This document shows, piece by piece, positions 16,659 to 25,069 of a stretch of 64,000 nucleotides of DNA. The DNA is from Pseudomonadota bacterium. GTDB lineage: Bacteria; Pseudomonadota; Gammaproteobacteria; Steroidobacterales; Steroidobacteraceae. The notes under the pieces were generated by a model that was not told where the DNA came from, ran no database searches, and was given only the letters and a program-made list of their open reading frames with translations. Positions within the stretch are counted from its first letter, which is position 1. Each line of letters begins with the position of its first letter. Both the position numbers and the translations under genes were made by a program. The stretch spans positions 11,520 through 75,519 of the forward strand of contig JANNNQ010000447.1 in NCBI GenBank assembly GCA_031398625.1, given 5' to 3'.

Positions 16659-18514
16659 TGGCGTGGCCGGGGGAAGAGACGTTCCCCGGGGAAGAGACAT
16701 TCCCCGGGCACATCGAAGACGTCGCCGTCGTCGAAGGACTCAACGAGGCACACTGCGCACCGCAAGGGGTTTCACCCCGGGACGCGCTGCTGGTGAAATT
16801 CACCCCACCCACGGGGAAAAGCGGTGCGGTGGTACGCGAATGCCCACAAGATCTGATCTTCGACAACACCGCCCCAGGTGGGCACGGATCAATGTCCTGC
16901 ACCATTGATTGGCCCGACGGGCACCCGCCACCCGATGCTCTCGTGACCGCTGCCACAGCTCAGGTCATCGACCGCAGGAACGGGAACATCATCTGGCACG
17001 GGCACGTCGTCGACCCCGGGTACACGAAAACGGGCACCGGGGCGAGTCATCAGGTGTCGAGTCTCGGCTATTTCACCATCCTCGACACCCAAGCCGCGAG
17101 CCTGGCCTACGTGGACCGGGACCTCGGGGCGTGGTTGTCTCTCAACGACTACCCGGGCGGTTCCGCGCAGGTCGTCGACGACATCAGCTTGCCGCAGCAC
17201 ACGGGCGACTGGGTGGAGCCCACCACCTCAGTGATCGAGCAGGTTTTCCCGAACGGGTCACGCCTGGACCAGTCGACCCCATCGCACATGACGATGCAGT
17301 ACCTCCCAGCGAAATACGCCTCCGCCGGTCAGGACATTGTGATGATCCTCGGGACTGTCGCGAGCAAGGGGATGGGCGGCGGGTTCCGGGTCCGGGTCCG
17401 GGTCCGCAACACCTCTGGACTCACCACCCAAACAGTGATGAGCGAGTTCTACGCCGACGTCGACGTCCCGAAGCACTTCATCGCGTTCGAAGGTGCGGCC
17501 GGTTGGACCATGGGAGACGCGAAGGTCGGCGAACTGTATTTCACCTACAACTCAACGGATTCCACGGCGATCCGTGACTGGTGGTTGAGGTGGGGAAACC
17601 TGGCGGTCGTCTATCAGCGGGTCAACCGGGAGGGCGTGGCCACACCCAGCACCACCACTCACGTCGCGGCCTGGCACATCGTCGACGACGTCATCGGCCG
17701 ACTGCTTGCCCCCCACTTGGACATCTCGTCGGCGATCGCCAGTCCTCTGGTCAAAGTGGAGCAGGCGGCCTGGTTCGGTGGGATCACCGCTGCGGAGGTT
17801 TTCGACTTCATCGAAGACTTGGCCCCGAACCATTATTGGGCAGTGTGGGAGCCGCAGGCGGACCCGAGGCAGGCCAGGTTTGAGTACTTGCCGTGGTTGG
17901 TTCACCCGAGGTATCTGATCCCCCGGGAGTCCTGCCGGATGAACCTCGCCGGGGGTGGGGATGAGCTCGCGAACCGGGCTGTCGTGAGCTACCAAACGTC
18001 GTCTGGTGTCCCGGCGTCCGTGATTGTCACTGGCGTCGCTCCGGAACTCTCGGCTGCTGGCGTGACCCGGACGATGGTCGTGGACCTCACCGGGGAGGGT
18101 GCCCTTTCCCGCAACAGCGCGATCAGCAAGGGCGAAGATGCTCTCGCCACGGCGAACATCCAACGTTCCTCAGGGACGGCAACAGTGTTCGGGCCTGTCT
18201 ACGACGTCAAAGCGGGTCGGATGATCGAGCCGTGGGAGATCCGCGCGGGCTGGCCGGTGGTTCTTTCGGGTGGGGTGTTGCGGGCTGACGGCGGGGTCGC
18301 GTACAGCATGAACGGTGGCCGGGATGGGCGGTCAACGTTCCGACTGACTGAGGCGCAGTACTCGGCATCGTCGGCGTCCATGGAACTCACACTGGACGGT
18401 GGTGGGCGAAACCTGTTTAACCGGGTCAAAAAGTCCAAGCCGAAGCTTCGGAAGGCCATCAAGCACCGTGGGCCGAAGCCCAAGCTCGGCGACGCCATCG
18501 GGCACCGGAAATGA
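16658..18514 (+). CDS. minor tail protein (hub/Tal position)
   Basis: 618 aa. It has an in-frame tandem duplication GEETFPGEETFPG near the N-terminus. Confidence 0.5.
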   Translation: MAWPGEETFPGEETFPGHIEDVAVVEGLNEAHCAPQGVSPRDALLVKFTPPTGKSGAVVRECPQDLIFDNTAPGGHGSMSCTIDWPDGHPPPDALVTAATAQVIDRRNGNIIWHGHVVDPGYTKTGTGASHQVSSLGYFTILDTQAASLAYVDRDLGAWLSLNDYPGGSAQVVDDISLPQHTGDWVEPTTSVIEQVFPNGSRLDQSTPSHMTMQYLPAKYASAGQDIVMILGTVASKGMGGGFRVRVRVRNTSGLTTQTVMSEFYADVDVPKHFIAFEGAAGWTMGDAKVGELYFTYNSTDSTAIRDWWLRWGNLAVVYQRVNREGVATPSTTTHVAAWHIVDDVIGRLLAPHLDISSAIASPLVKVEQAAWFGGITAAEVFDFIEDLAPNHYWAVWEPQADPRQARFEYLPWLVHPRYLIPRESCRMNLAGGGDELANRAVVSYQTSSGVPASVIVTGVAPELSAAGVTRTMVVDLTGEGALSRNSAISKGEDALATANIQRSSGTATVFGPVYDVKAGRMIEPWEIRAGWPVVLSGGVLRADGGVAYSMNGGRDGRSTFRLTEAQYSASSASMELTLDGGGRNLFNRVKKSKPKLRKAIKHRGPKPKLGDAIGHRK

Positions 18515-19329
18515 CGGTCGCCGGTGTCCCGGTCGCGTGCCGTCCGAAGAACGACTGGGGCGGCTCGTTCCTCTCCGATCTGTCAGAATGGACTGGGGTC
18601 GGGTGCCATCCGCTAAGCGCGGCTGCACACGTGGTGGGGACGAGCCTGATGGCTTGGAGAGTGGCGCGGGCGCTAGACGTCCTGCTTGCCGAGATCAATG
18701 CGATGGCCCCCCAGCGGGCGAAAGCCGCCGACGGGTCGATCGGGGATGCTGCTCATTCGTCCCGGGCCTCGGATCACAATCCGAATGTCGCCGGCGTGGT
18801 GTGCGCCCGCGATTTCACCCACGACCCCGCGCATGGCTGTGACGCCCCAGCCATCGCCGAATACGTCCGGCGACTCGGCAAATCCGGTGACCGCCGCGTC
18901 AAATACGTCATCAGTAACGCCCGTATCGCCTCGTGGATCGGGGACTGGGCATGGCGCCCGTACACGGGCATCAACGCGCACCGCCACCACGTGCACGTCT
19001 CCGTCTCAACCGAACCCCGCCACTACGACAGCACCGCCCCTTGGGGCATCGACCAGGAGGACGAAGTGAAGGACGCCGACATCAAGGCCATCGCCGCCGA
19101 GGTCGTCAAGCTGATGAACGCGGCGCGGACGGTCCCGAATCAGAAGCTCCACCCTGGCGACAAACCGGCCGCGAACTTTACCCAGCCCGGGGTCCTGTCC
19201 AACATCGAACTGAACCAGGACCAGGAAGCCGAACGGGACCTGGCGGAGATCAAGCTAGATACGGTCACTCGCCGGCTTGTGTCCGAGATCCATGCCGCCG
19301 TGGTGAAGCCCGGGGCGAAAGCCACGTGA
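18511..19329 (+). CDS. endolysin, LAS/M15-type zinc peptidase
   Basis: Has the H..SDH / ARD / HHVHVS metal-ligand pattern (GDAAHSSRASDHNP...CARDF...HRHHVHVS). An alternative start is ATG 18649. Confidence 0.55.
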   Translation: MTVAGVPVACRPKNDWGGSFLSDLSEWTGVGCHPLSAAAHVVGTSLMAWRVARALDVLLAEINAMAPQRAKAADGSIGDAAHSSRASDHNPNVAGVVCARDFTHDPAHGCDAPAIAEYVRRLGKSGDRRVKYVISNARIASWIGDWAWRPYTGINAHRHHVHVSVSTEPRHYDSTAPWGIDQEDEVKDADIKAIAAEVVKLMNAARTVPNQKLHPGDKPAANFTQPGVLSNIELNQDQEAERDLAEIKLDTVTRRLVSEIHAAVVKPGAKAT

Positions 19330-19583
19330 CCCACGCTGCCGCGTCCGCCCCCGCGGAAGGGATAACGCAGACCTTCCTGCAGTTCGGGGTACTGGGTGCG
19401 GTGGCCCTGCTGGGCCTGTGGTTCGTCCTGACTGCCTACAGGCGGGAAGTGGCACGCGGCGACGCAGCCGAGAAGTCCCTGTCCGAACTGAACCGAGAGA
19501 TGCGGGACAAGGTCATCCCCGCCCTGACGGAAGCGACTGGTGCCTTGGTCGAGTGCGCGCACATTCTGCGAGACCGGCGGTGA
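19326..19583 (+). CDS. holin-like single-TM protein
   Basis: GTG 19326 overlaps the endolysin stop. 85 aa with TM segment FLQFGVLGAVALLGLWFVLTAY. Confidence 0.5.
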   Translation: MTHAAASAPAEGITQTFLQFGVLGAVALLGLWFVLTAYRREVARGDAAEKSLSELNREMRDKVIPALTEATGALVECAHILRDRR

Positions 19584-19708
19584 TGGCCGTGGCCGAGCAG
19601 CCCGACACCGAGCAGACAAAAGCCGACGTCACCAAGTGGGTAACGAACCTCGACCGAGCAATCGCGGATCTACGGGCGGAGATCGCCCGCCAGCAAGGAG
19701 CGAAATGA
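19583..19708 (+). CDS. 41-aa hypothetical protein
   Basis: TGATG overlap upstream and ATGA overlap downstream. Confidence 0.4.
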   Translation: MAVAEQPDTEQTKADVTKWVTNLDRAIADLRAEIARQQGAK

Positions 19709-20052
19709 TCACCACGCCGACGACTTTGACCGACCTCACCGAAGCCGTGGACCGTCTCACCGATGAAGCGAAAGACCTGCGTTCGCAGTTGCGGTCACGG
19801 ACCACTGCCCTGTGGGTCGCGATCACCGTCGGTGGAGTGATCCTCCTTGTCGTCATCGCCGCTGCGTACTCGGTGAGCCTGAACAACCGGGACGCCATTG
19901 CGGCCAACAACCTCAGGTGGTGCCCGGTTGTCGAACCTCTCGCGCCAAGGGCTGGCGATCCGCCGCCTGCTGGCAGCCCGGAGCAGGTGGAGCGGGCCAT
20001 TCGGATTCGGAAGGCGTTCTCCAAGCTTGTCGACGATTTCGGGTGCCGATGA
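19705..20052 (+). CDS. membrane protein of lysis cassette
   Basis: 115 aa with one TM (LWVAITVGGVILLVVIAAAYSV). Confidence 0.5.
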   Translation: MITTPTTLTDLTEAVDRLTDEAKDLRSQLRSRTTALWVAITVGGVILLVVIAAAYSVSLNNRDAIAANNLRWCPVVEPLAPRAGDPPPAGSPEQVERAIRIRKAFSKLVDDFGCR

Positions 20053-20108
20053 GACACGCCACCGCCAACTTTTACCCATCAGAGTCACGCCACAAGGAGA
20101 TCAAGACC

Positions 20109-20684
20109 GTGAGTACCGTTACCGTGCAGGCGCAAGTCGTCAGCCAAGCCCGAGATGCTCTGTCCCGGGCCACTCGCCAGGCCATCCAGGCACTCATCCC
20201 CACCCTCCTCGTCATCGCAGGCGGCTCCACCGTCGGCATCAACATCGAAGCGGTCCTGATGCTGGCCGGGGTCGCCGCCCTCGTATCGGTCCTGAAATCC
20301 GCCGTCGGAGTTAAGCTTCCCGCCTCCGCGCCGACATGGGCACGGATCGGCGAACGCGCACTCACTGCAGCCGCAGGAACCGCACTGGGCTTGGTCACCA
20401 CTGACGGCCTCGTTGGGTCGGTGTCTATTCACTGGGAGACGGTGCTGACCGCTTCGGTGGGTGCGGCGCTGACCGCCGTGGCGATGTTCTGGACCAACCC
20501 GCCCGTGGTGGCGTCGGACGACGTCGACGACTTTGGGGATAGCTCCTTCGCCGAGTACCCGAAGATCGACGGCGACCCGTTCCCCCGGCAGCGCGACAGC
20601 GGCAACCTCGACGTCCTCCTGGTCGTCGGCATCGCCATCCTCATCGTCGTCCTGCTGCTCCTGTTCGGCGTCCGCCTCGGATGA
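20109..20684 (+). CDS. holin-like multi-TM protein (r1t-holin-like)
   Basis: GTG 20109 follows an AAGGAG. 191 aa with N-terminus ARDALSRATRQAIQALIPTLL and several TM segments. Confidence 0.5.
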   Translation: MSTVTVQAQVVSQARDALSRATRQAIQALIPTLLVIAGGSTVGINIEAVLMLAGVAALVSVLKSAVGVKLPASAPTWARIGERALTAAAGTALGLVTTDGLVGSVSIHWETVLTASVGAALTAVAMFWTNPPVVASDDVDDFGDSSFAEYPKIDGDPFPRQRDSGNLDVLLVVGIAILIVVLLLLFGVRLG

Positions 20685-21103
20685 GCCTCGGCCGAACCCT
20701 CAAGCACCTGCTCTGCCGCCCCGGCAAGCGGGAACTACTGATCCGCATCTCGGATCGACTCACCAATTTGGAGGCCCTCGTGTCCCAGCTCGACAGCACC
20801 ACTGACGAAATCGTTGCCGCTCTCGACGACCTGATCACCGCCGTGGGCACCGGTCCGGCCGACCTGGCTACCGCCCTGGCTGATATCCAGGTGAAGAACG
20901 CGGAGATCGCCGCGCTGACTGCCGACGACAACGCGGACACCGCAGAGATCGCGAGCCTCACTGCGGACCGGGACCAGCTCGTGACGGACGCGGCGGAGAA
21001 CGTGGCTCGGCTGCAGGAGGCCACCGCTCGTGCCCGTGAGGTTGTGCCGGCCGCACCGGTTACCCCGGTCGATCCCGAGCCGACCGACGGCGACGACCTG
21101 TGA
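20681..21103 (+). CDS. hypothetical coiled-coil protein
   Basis: 140 aa, ATGA-coupled. Confidence 0.55.
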   Translation: MSLGRTLKHLLCRPGKRELLIRISDRLTNLEALVSQLDSTTDEIVAALDDLITAVGTGPADLATALADIQVKNAEIAALTADDNADTAEIASLTADRDQLVTDAAENVARLQEATARAREVVPAAPVTPVDPEPTDGDDL

Positions 21104-21435
21104 TCCCCACCGTCGGCCGCATCGTCCACTACACGCTCTCCGAGCAGGACGCAGAGACGATCAACAAGCGCCGGGATGACGCCGCGGCGAGGCGGAAAAA
21201 TGGCGATGTCGATCCCCTGGGATCGGATTGCATCGGCAACAAGGCCGAGGTCGGTCAGATCTTCCCGCTGATGATCGTCCGGGTTTGGTCCGAGGGTTGC
21301 GTCAACGGTCAGCTGATCCTCGACGGCAACGACACGCTGTGGAAGACCAGCGCGAGCAAGGCAACCGAGGAATCGATCGAGCAGGCGCAGGGCGGTCCCG
21401 TCGTGGGTACCTGGTCCTGGCCTCCGCGCGTCTGA
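21100..21435 (+). CDS. hypothetical protein
   Basis: 111 aa, GTGA-coupled. Confidence 0.55.
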   Translation: MIPTVGRIVHYTLSEQDAETINKRRDDAAARRKNGDVDPLGSDCIGNKAEVGQIFPLMIVRVWSEGCVNGQLILDGNDTLWKTSASKATEESIEQAQGGPVVGTWSWPPRV

Positions 21436-21566
21436 TGCCCGCCTACCCGCCGCCGGATGCCCCTGCTCTGGTCGCTCCGCCGGAACCGGACATGGCTATG
21501 CCGACGGTGATCCCTCCGGATCAGATGCCGGACTGGCCGAAGCCGCCGCCTCCGGTGGAGGGCTAA
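21435..21566 (+). CDS. 43-aa Pro-rich peptide
   Basis: TGATG overlap with the upstream gene. Confidence 0.35.
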   Translation: MPAYPPPDAPALVAPPEPDMAMPTVIPPDQMPDWPKPPPPVEG

Positions 21567-21568
21567 CG

Positions 21569-21748
21569 ATGTCCTGCCACTGCGGGATGCACTCGTACCG
21601 GGCCCGCGCTCTCGACAGAGAGTGGCGGGTCGCGTACAAGCGGACGGGCCGAAGACTGATGGCACTGTTCGGTGTCGTCCTGGCTGCGTGGATTACTGCG
21701 TCGTGGTGGGCGATCATCTGGACCGTCGAGCACGTGCTGCCGCACTGA
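21569..21748 (+). CDS. 59-aa membrane protein
   Basis: MSCHCGMHSYRARALDREWRVAYKRTGRRLMALFGVVLAAWITASWWAIIWTVEHVLPH. Confidence 0.4.
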   Translation: MSCHCGMHSYRARALDREWRVAYKRTGRRLMALFGVVLAAWITASWWAIIWTVEHVLPH

Positions 21749-21783
21749 TCGTCGGTGCCACCGCCACGGGTAATCGACCGTGG

Positions 21784-21803
21784 TAGCTGCACCTGTAGCT
21801 GCA
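21784..21803 (+). repeat. two GTAGCTGCA direct repeats (putative integrase arm-type sites, P arm)
   Basis: GTAGCTGCA at 21784 and 21795. The same 9-mer occurs twice at 22001-22022 on the other side of the core. Confidence 0.5.
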
Positions 21804-21840
21804 ATGCCCCCTCTCAGTGATCTTGAGAGGGGGCATTTTG
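21804..21840 (+). terminator. rho-independent terminator of the late/lysis operon
   Basis: 13-bp perfect stem ATGCCCCCTCTCA / TGAGAGGGGGCAT, 7-nt loop, then TTTT. Confidence 0.8.
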
Positions 21841-21854
21841 CCTGGTCAAACGGG

Positions 21855-21896
21855 TGGGCCCCCGGGGGATCGAACCCCGAACCCGCGGATTAAAAG
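21855..21896 (-). other. attP core: 3' 42 nt of a tRNA-Lys(UUU) gene (anticodon loop to discriminator)
   Basis: The minus strand reads CTTTTAA-TCCGC-GGGTT-CGGGG-TTCGATC-CCCCG-GGGGCCC-A. Sequence 5' of the anticodon loop cannot form the anticodon stem, D arm or acceptor. Confidence 0.7.
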
Positions 21897-22000
21897 ATGC
21901 CCGGAGTGCAACGCACTGAGGTTTTGTGAGCGCATTTTGGCTGGTCAGACGCCCTTTGTATCAACCATTGAGCGCAGTGAGTGCTTGTGAACGCAGTCCC

Positions 22001-22022
22001 GTAGCTGCAACCGTAGCTGCAA
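22001..22022 (+). repeat. two GTAGCTGCAA direct repeats (putative arm-type sites, P' arm)
   Basis: Copies at 22001 and 22013, in the same orientation as the 21784/21795 copies. Confidence 0.5.
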
Positions 22023-22126
22023 CGCACCCGATCAAGACGCCTCGGCCCGGACAACGGGCGTCGGGGCGGAAAGCAGCGGATCTGGAATCCGCGGCGAGGG
22101 GGTCGACCTGCCCCCCGGAACGCAAA

Positions 22127-22166
22127 GGACTGCCCCATCTCCCTCGACCGAGAGATGGGGCAGTCC
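22127..22166 (-). terminator. terminator hairpin downstream of int
   Basis: 15-bp perfect arms GGACTGCCCCATCTC / GAGATGGGGCAGTCC. On the minus strand it is followed by TTTG. Confidence 0.6.
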
Positions 22167-22175
22167 GGTTCGCAG

Positions 22176-23702
22176 CTACTCGCCGATGGCCTTGCCGAGG
22201 AAGAGGGCCGACATCTCCTCGGCAGCTTTCCGCAGCTCTGCGTTCGGGGACCTGGCGTACAGGTTCATCGTCGTCTGAATGTCGGCGTGCCGCAGGAGGG
22301 TCATCGCGATCCGGGGGTGGATCTCGAGGGCAACCATCATCGTCGCCGCCCAATGCCTCGCGGCGTGGGGGCGGATGTGCTCGGCCCCTGCCTCTTCGAG
22401 GATGCTCACCCATTCGTCCCAGTCGTCGCGGGGGTCGATCGGCCGGCCGTTGCGCTGAGAGAACAAAAGCAGCACCTGCTCCCCGTTGATCTCCCAGCCC
22501 TTCCACCGGGGCCCTTCCTCGATCCGCTCCCGCTTCTGCGCTGTCAACCGCGCCTTGAGAAGGTCAGCGATCTGCTTCGGCATCGGCAAAGGCGCGTCGG
22601 AGGCTTTCGTCTTCACGGGCAGCAGGACCAGCCCTCCACCGTCAGAGTTCGGACACCTCGCGGCCTGAGCCTTCCCGCACGGCCACGCGGGACGCTCCAC
22701 CCCACCACCGACGACCACCTTGGGGCACTGCTTCGCCTGACGTTTCCCGCAGGGGAACAGCTTCGGCGGGCGCACCAACTCCGGTGGTTCCTTGTAGCGG
22801 TCCGCGTCCGAGCGGAGAGTCGCGGTTCCCGTTGGCTCCCCGCACCCGTGCGCGTACGTCAGTCGCGACCTCTCCGTTCCTACAGGGTCACCGCACCCAT
22901 GCCCGTCGGGGCGGTCCCGCTGGAGTTGCCAGCGAACGTTCAAGACTCCCGCGTCGAAGTCCAGCGCCGGGACGGTGAACCCCAGCGTCTCCCCCTGGCG
23001 CAGGCCGTACACGATCCGTAGCACCCACTTCGCGCCCAGCCGGCGCTTCTTGGCGACTTCGAGGACGCGGAGCATTTCGTCGAGTTCGACGTCGCGGTCT
23101 TCCTTGGGCTGCGCACCGGCGGGGAGCATGGTGAGGTCGGCGATGTTGCGGGGCATCCGGTTGCGTCGCCAGGCGATGTCGAACGCTACTTTCATCATCG
23201 CGTCGACTTGGTGGATAGAACTGGCGGCCATCCCCGCGTCGGCCATGGCTTGGTAACAGGCTTCGAGGTCTTCGGCTTTGACGGCGTCCATTCGTTTCTT
23301 GCCGATGCGGGGGTAGACGTGGTTTTTCGCGTACCCCTTGTAGGTGGCGAGAGTGGACCTGCGGTTGCCCTTGCGACCCTTGATGGGTTTCTTCGGGGCG
23401 AGGACGGTGAGGTAGTGCTCCATCCATTCCTGCACCGTGAGGGCTTTCGTGGTGGTGAGGGTTCCCGCGTCGCGGGCGTTGATCAGGTCCCGGAGGTTCT
23501 TGTTCGCTTCGGCTTTCGTGGGTGCGGACTTGGAGTATTTCTTCTCCTGTTTGCCACCGACGATGTCGAGGGTGATGTAGCCGCGCCAGGAGACGGTCTC
23601 GACGACGGTCCCGTCTACCCGGGTTTTCTTCCGGACGGTCCGGTAGACGCTGCCTTCACCGTTGGATTTGGTTCTCTTGCGGGGCTTCTGGTCCCCGCCC
23701 AT
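22176..23702 (-). CDS. int: tyrosine integrase
   Basis: Has R (YGLRQGETLG), HAARHWAAT (HxxR) and LLRHADIQTTMNLYARS (H...Y). ATG 23702 abuts the ImmA stop. Adjacent to attP. Confidence 0.9.
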   Translation of the reverse strand: MGGDQKPRKRTKSNGEGSVYRTVRKKTRVDGTVVETVSWRGYITLDIVGGKQEKKYSKSAPTKAEANKNLRDLINARDAGTLTTTKALTVQEWMEHYLTVLAPKKPIKGRKGNRRSTLATYKGYAKNHVYPRIGKKRMDAVKAEDLEACYQAMADAGMAASSIHQVDAMMKVAFDIAWRRNRMPRNIADLTMLPAGAQPKEDRDVELDEMLRVLEVAKKRRLGAKWVLRIVYGLRQGETLGFTVPALDFDAGVLNVRWQLQRDRPDGHGCGDPVGTERSRLTYAHGCGEPTGTATLRSDADRYKEPPELVRPPKLFPCGKRQAKQCPKVVVGGGVERPAWPCGKAQAARCPNSDGGGLVLLPVKTKASDAPLPMPKQIADLLKARLTAQKRERIEEGPRWKGWEINGEQVLLLFSQRNGRPIDPRDDWDEWVSILEEAGAEHIRPHAARHWAATMMVALEIHPRIAMTLLRHADIQTTMNLYARSPNAELRKAAEEMSALFLGKAIGE

Positions 23703-24259
23703 CACAGGGCCGGGGAACCGACGAGGAATAGCCCGGAGTGGCGGACAATCGGGATCGCACCGATCCGAGCATCGAGGGTATTCGGGTCCACTTGGAGCAT
23801 CTCGGCTGCCTCCCGGCGGTCCCTCCCGAAACCCAGTGCCCACGCGAGCATGGTGTCGGTGATGAGCTTCACTGCCGCCCAACGGTCGGCTTCCACTTCC
23901 ATCGCTTCGTCCACGGCCGGATCTCCCGTTGGGGCGTGGCCGAGTTCAATGTGACGCAGCTCGTGCATGAGCGTGCACCGCTGTTCCACTGGTGTCCCAA
24001 TGTTGATTCGGATGCGGCGGGTCAGGAGGTCGCAGTCGCCTGCAATGTTGCCTAGGTCGCAGATTTCGTAAGTGGCGTCGAGGCGGTATAGCTCGGCTTG
24101 GACGATTGGATCCTGCACGTGCAGCCCCCTCTCAGCCAGGCCGCCCGGGGAATATCCCGGCCCTTTGCTACGACCTGTGCTCGAATGTTGACCGTACGTG
24201 CATCTTCTTGATCGATCTAGAACCGACCGGTAGATATGACCGAACAGATGATCAATCAC
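23702..24259 (-). CDS. immA: ImmA/IrrE-family metalloprotease
   Basis: HEXXH motif MHELRHIELGH. ATGA-coupled to the repressor gene upstream and abuts int downstream. Confidence 0.7.
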   Translation of the reverse strand: MIDHLFGHIYRSVLDRSRRCTYGQHSSTGRSKGPGYSPGGLAERGLHVQDPIVQAELYRLDATYEICDLGNIAGDCDLLTRRIRINIGTPVEQRCTLMHELRHIELGHAPTGDPAVDEAMEVEADRWAAVKLITDTMLAWALGFGRDRREAAEMLQVDPNTLDARIGAIPIVRHSGLFLVGSPAL

Positions 24260-24915
24260 CTAGTCCTTGCCCCTCCCCTCGGGCCTCGGGACTCCGTTCC
24301 TGTCGTCTTTCGTGCTGCTCTGAGCTGACGGACAGGCTTTTCGGCTGCTGCTTCTGCTGCTTGCTCCTGCATCTCAGCGAGGGCCACCTGCAGGTCGACG
24401 AACTCGGCGATGAGCTCGAGCAGCAGGTTCTGCTGTCTCTGGCTGAGGGCCGACGTCCGGGCGACCATGCGGGCGAGAAATGGCGATGACCCCGTGTCGA
24501 CATCCAGGCCCATCTCGCGGCCGATGGCCAGCCAGATCCGGCGCTGAGGGACGCGCAGGACACGGGACATGGTGATGACGGTCTCGGGTTTGGGGACCGT
24601 GTTCAAGGCGAAGTTAGGGTCGCCGAGTTGCCGCCAGCGGGACCATCCGAGGCCTTCCCCGGCTTCCGCACCTAGGTCCCGGTAGGACCGGCGGCCCTTG
24701 AACAGTCTGATGAGGGTTGCGAGGGTCTCGACCTCGTCGTCGTTCGGGGCGTCTGTCAACGGAGTCCATTCCTGGCGGGGTACCTCCCAAGCCCCACGAT
24801 CGCCGGGCGCGGCGGTCGGGGCGGTACCTAATCGACATTGTGAACCACGATCCGTGGCTCGCAGTAGGGGTGTGTCGCGCTGATAACGGTGTCTGGAGCG
24901 GTGTTCTGACGGCAT
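24256..24915 (-). CDS. immunity repressor-like HTH protein
   Basis: HTH ETVITMSRVLRVPQRRIWLAIGREMG, and it is the partner of ImmA. The first 52 codons of the ORF have only about 56% GC3 and contain operator-like sites, so the real start may be TTG 24759. Confidence 0.6.
   Translation of the reverse strand: MPSEHRSRHRYQRDTPLLRATDRGSQCRLGTAPTAAPGDRGAWEVPRQEWTPLTDAPNDDEVETLATLIRLFKGRRSYRDLGAEAGEGLGWSRWRQLGDPNFALNTVPKPETVITMSRVLRVPQRRIWLAIGREMGLDVDTGSSPFLARMVARTSALSQRQQNLLLELIAEFVDLQVALAEMQEQAAEAAAEKPVRQLRAARKTTGTESRGPRGGARTR
24845..24857. promoter_or_regulatory. solitary operator-type palindrome CCACGATCCGTGG
   Basis: Same CNACG-N3-CGTNG architecture. It lies in the low-GC3 5' part of the repressor ORF. 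Confidence 0.4.
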
Positions 24916-24920
24916 AGCAA

Positions 24921-24961
24921 CTACGAATCGTAGACGTTATGACTACGGATCGTGTTAGAGT
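24921..24961 (+). promoter_or_regulatory. dual operator pair plus early rightward promoter, cassette 3
   Basis: A perfect CTACGAATCGTAG at 24921 and CTACGGATCGTGT at 24943. TAGACG is -35-like and TAGAGT (24956-24961) is -10-like. Confidence 0.6.
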
Positions 24962-25034
24962 TTAGATCATCGCAATGAGCTGCCCCCCAGCGGGAACGAT
25001 GCAGCATATGCGCGGTTTGCCCTGCCCGAACTGG

Positions 25035-25069
25035 CGATGATCCATAGCCGAAAGGACTACGATCCATGG
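25035..25069. promoter_or_regulatory. dual operator pair, cassette 3b (overlaps start of cro-like gene)
   Basis: A degenerate CGATGATCCATAG at 25035 and CTACGATCCATGG at 25057, 22 bp apart. ATG 25066 lies inside the second site. Confidence 0.5.

Noticed and set aside
16671-17407. An in-frame tandem duplication GEETFP x2 (16671-16706) and a (GGTCCG)n run encoding RVRVRV (17384-17407) in the minor tail gene, considered as phase-variation tracts.
   Set aside because: The repeat units are multiples of 3, so slippage would not switch the frame. The copy number is too low.
21855-21930. A complete tRNA-Lys gene on the minus strand.
   Set aside because: Only the anticodon loop through the 3' end is present. 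The upstream sequence cannot pair as an anticodon stem, and there is no D arm or 5' acceptor strand. It is interpreted as the attP core.
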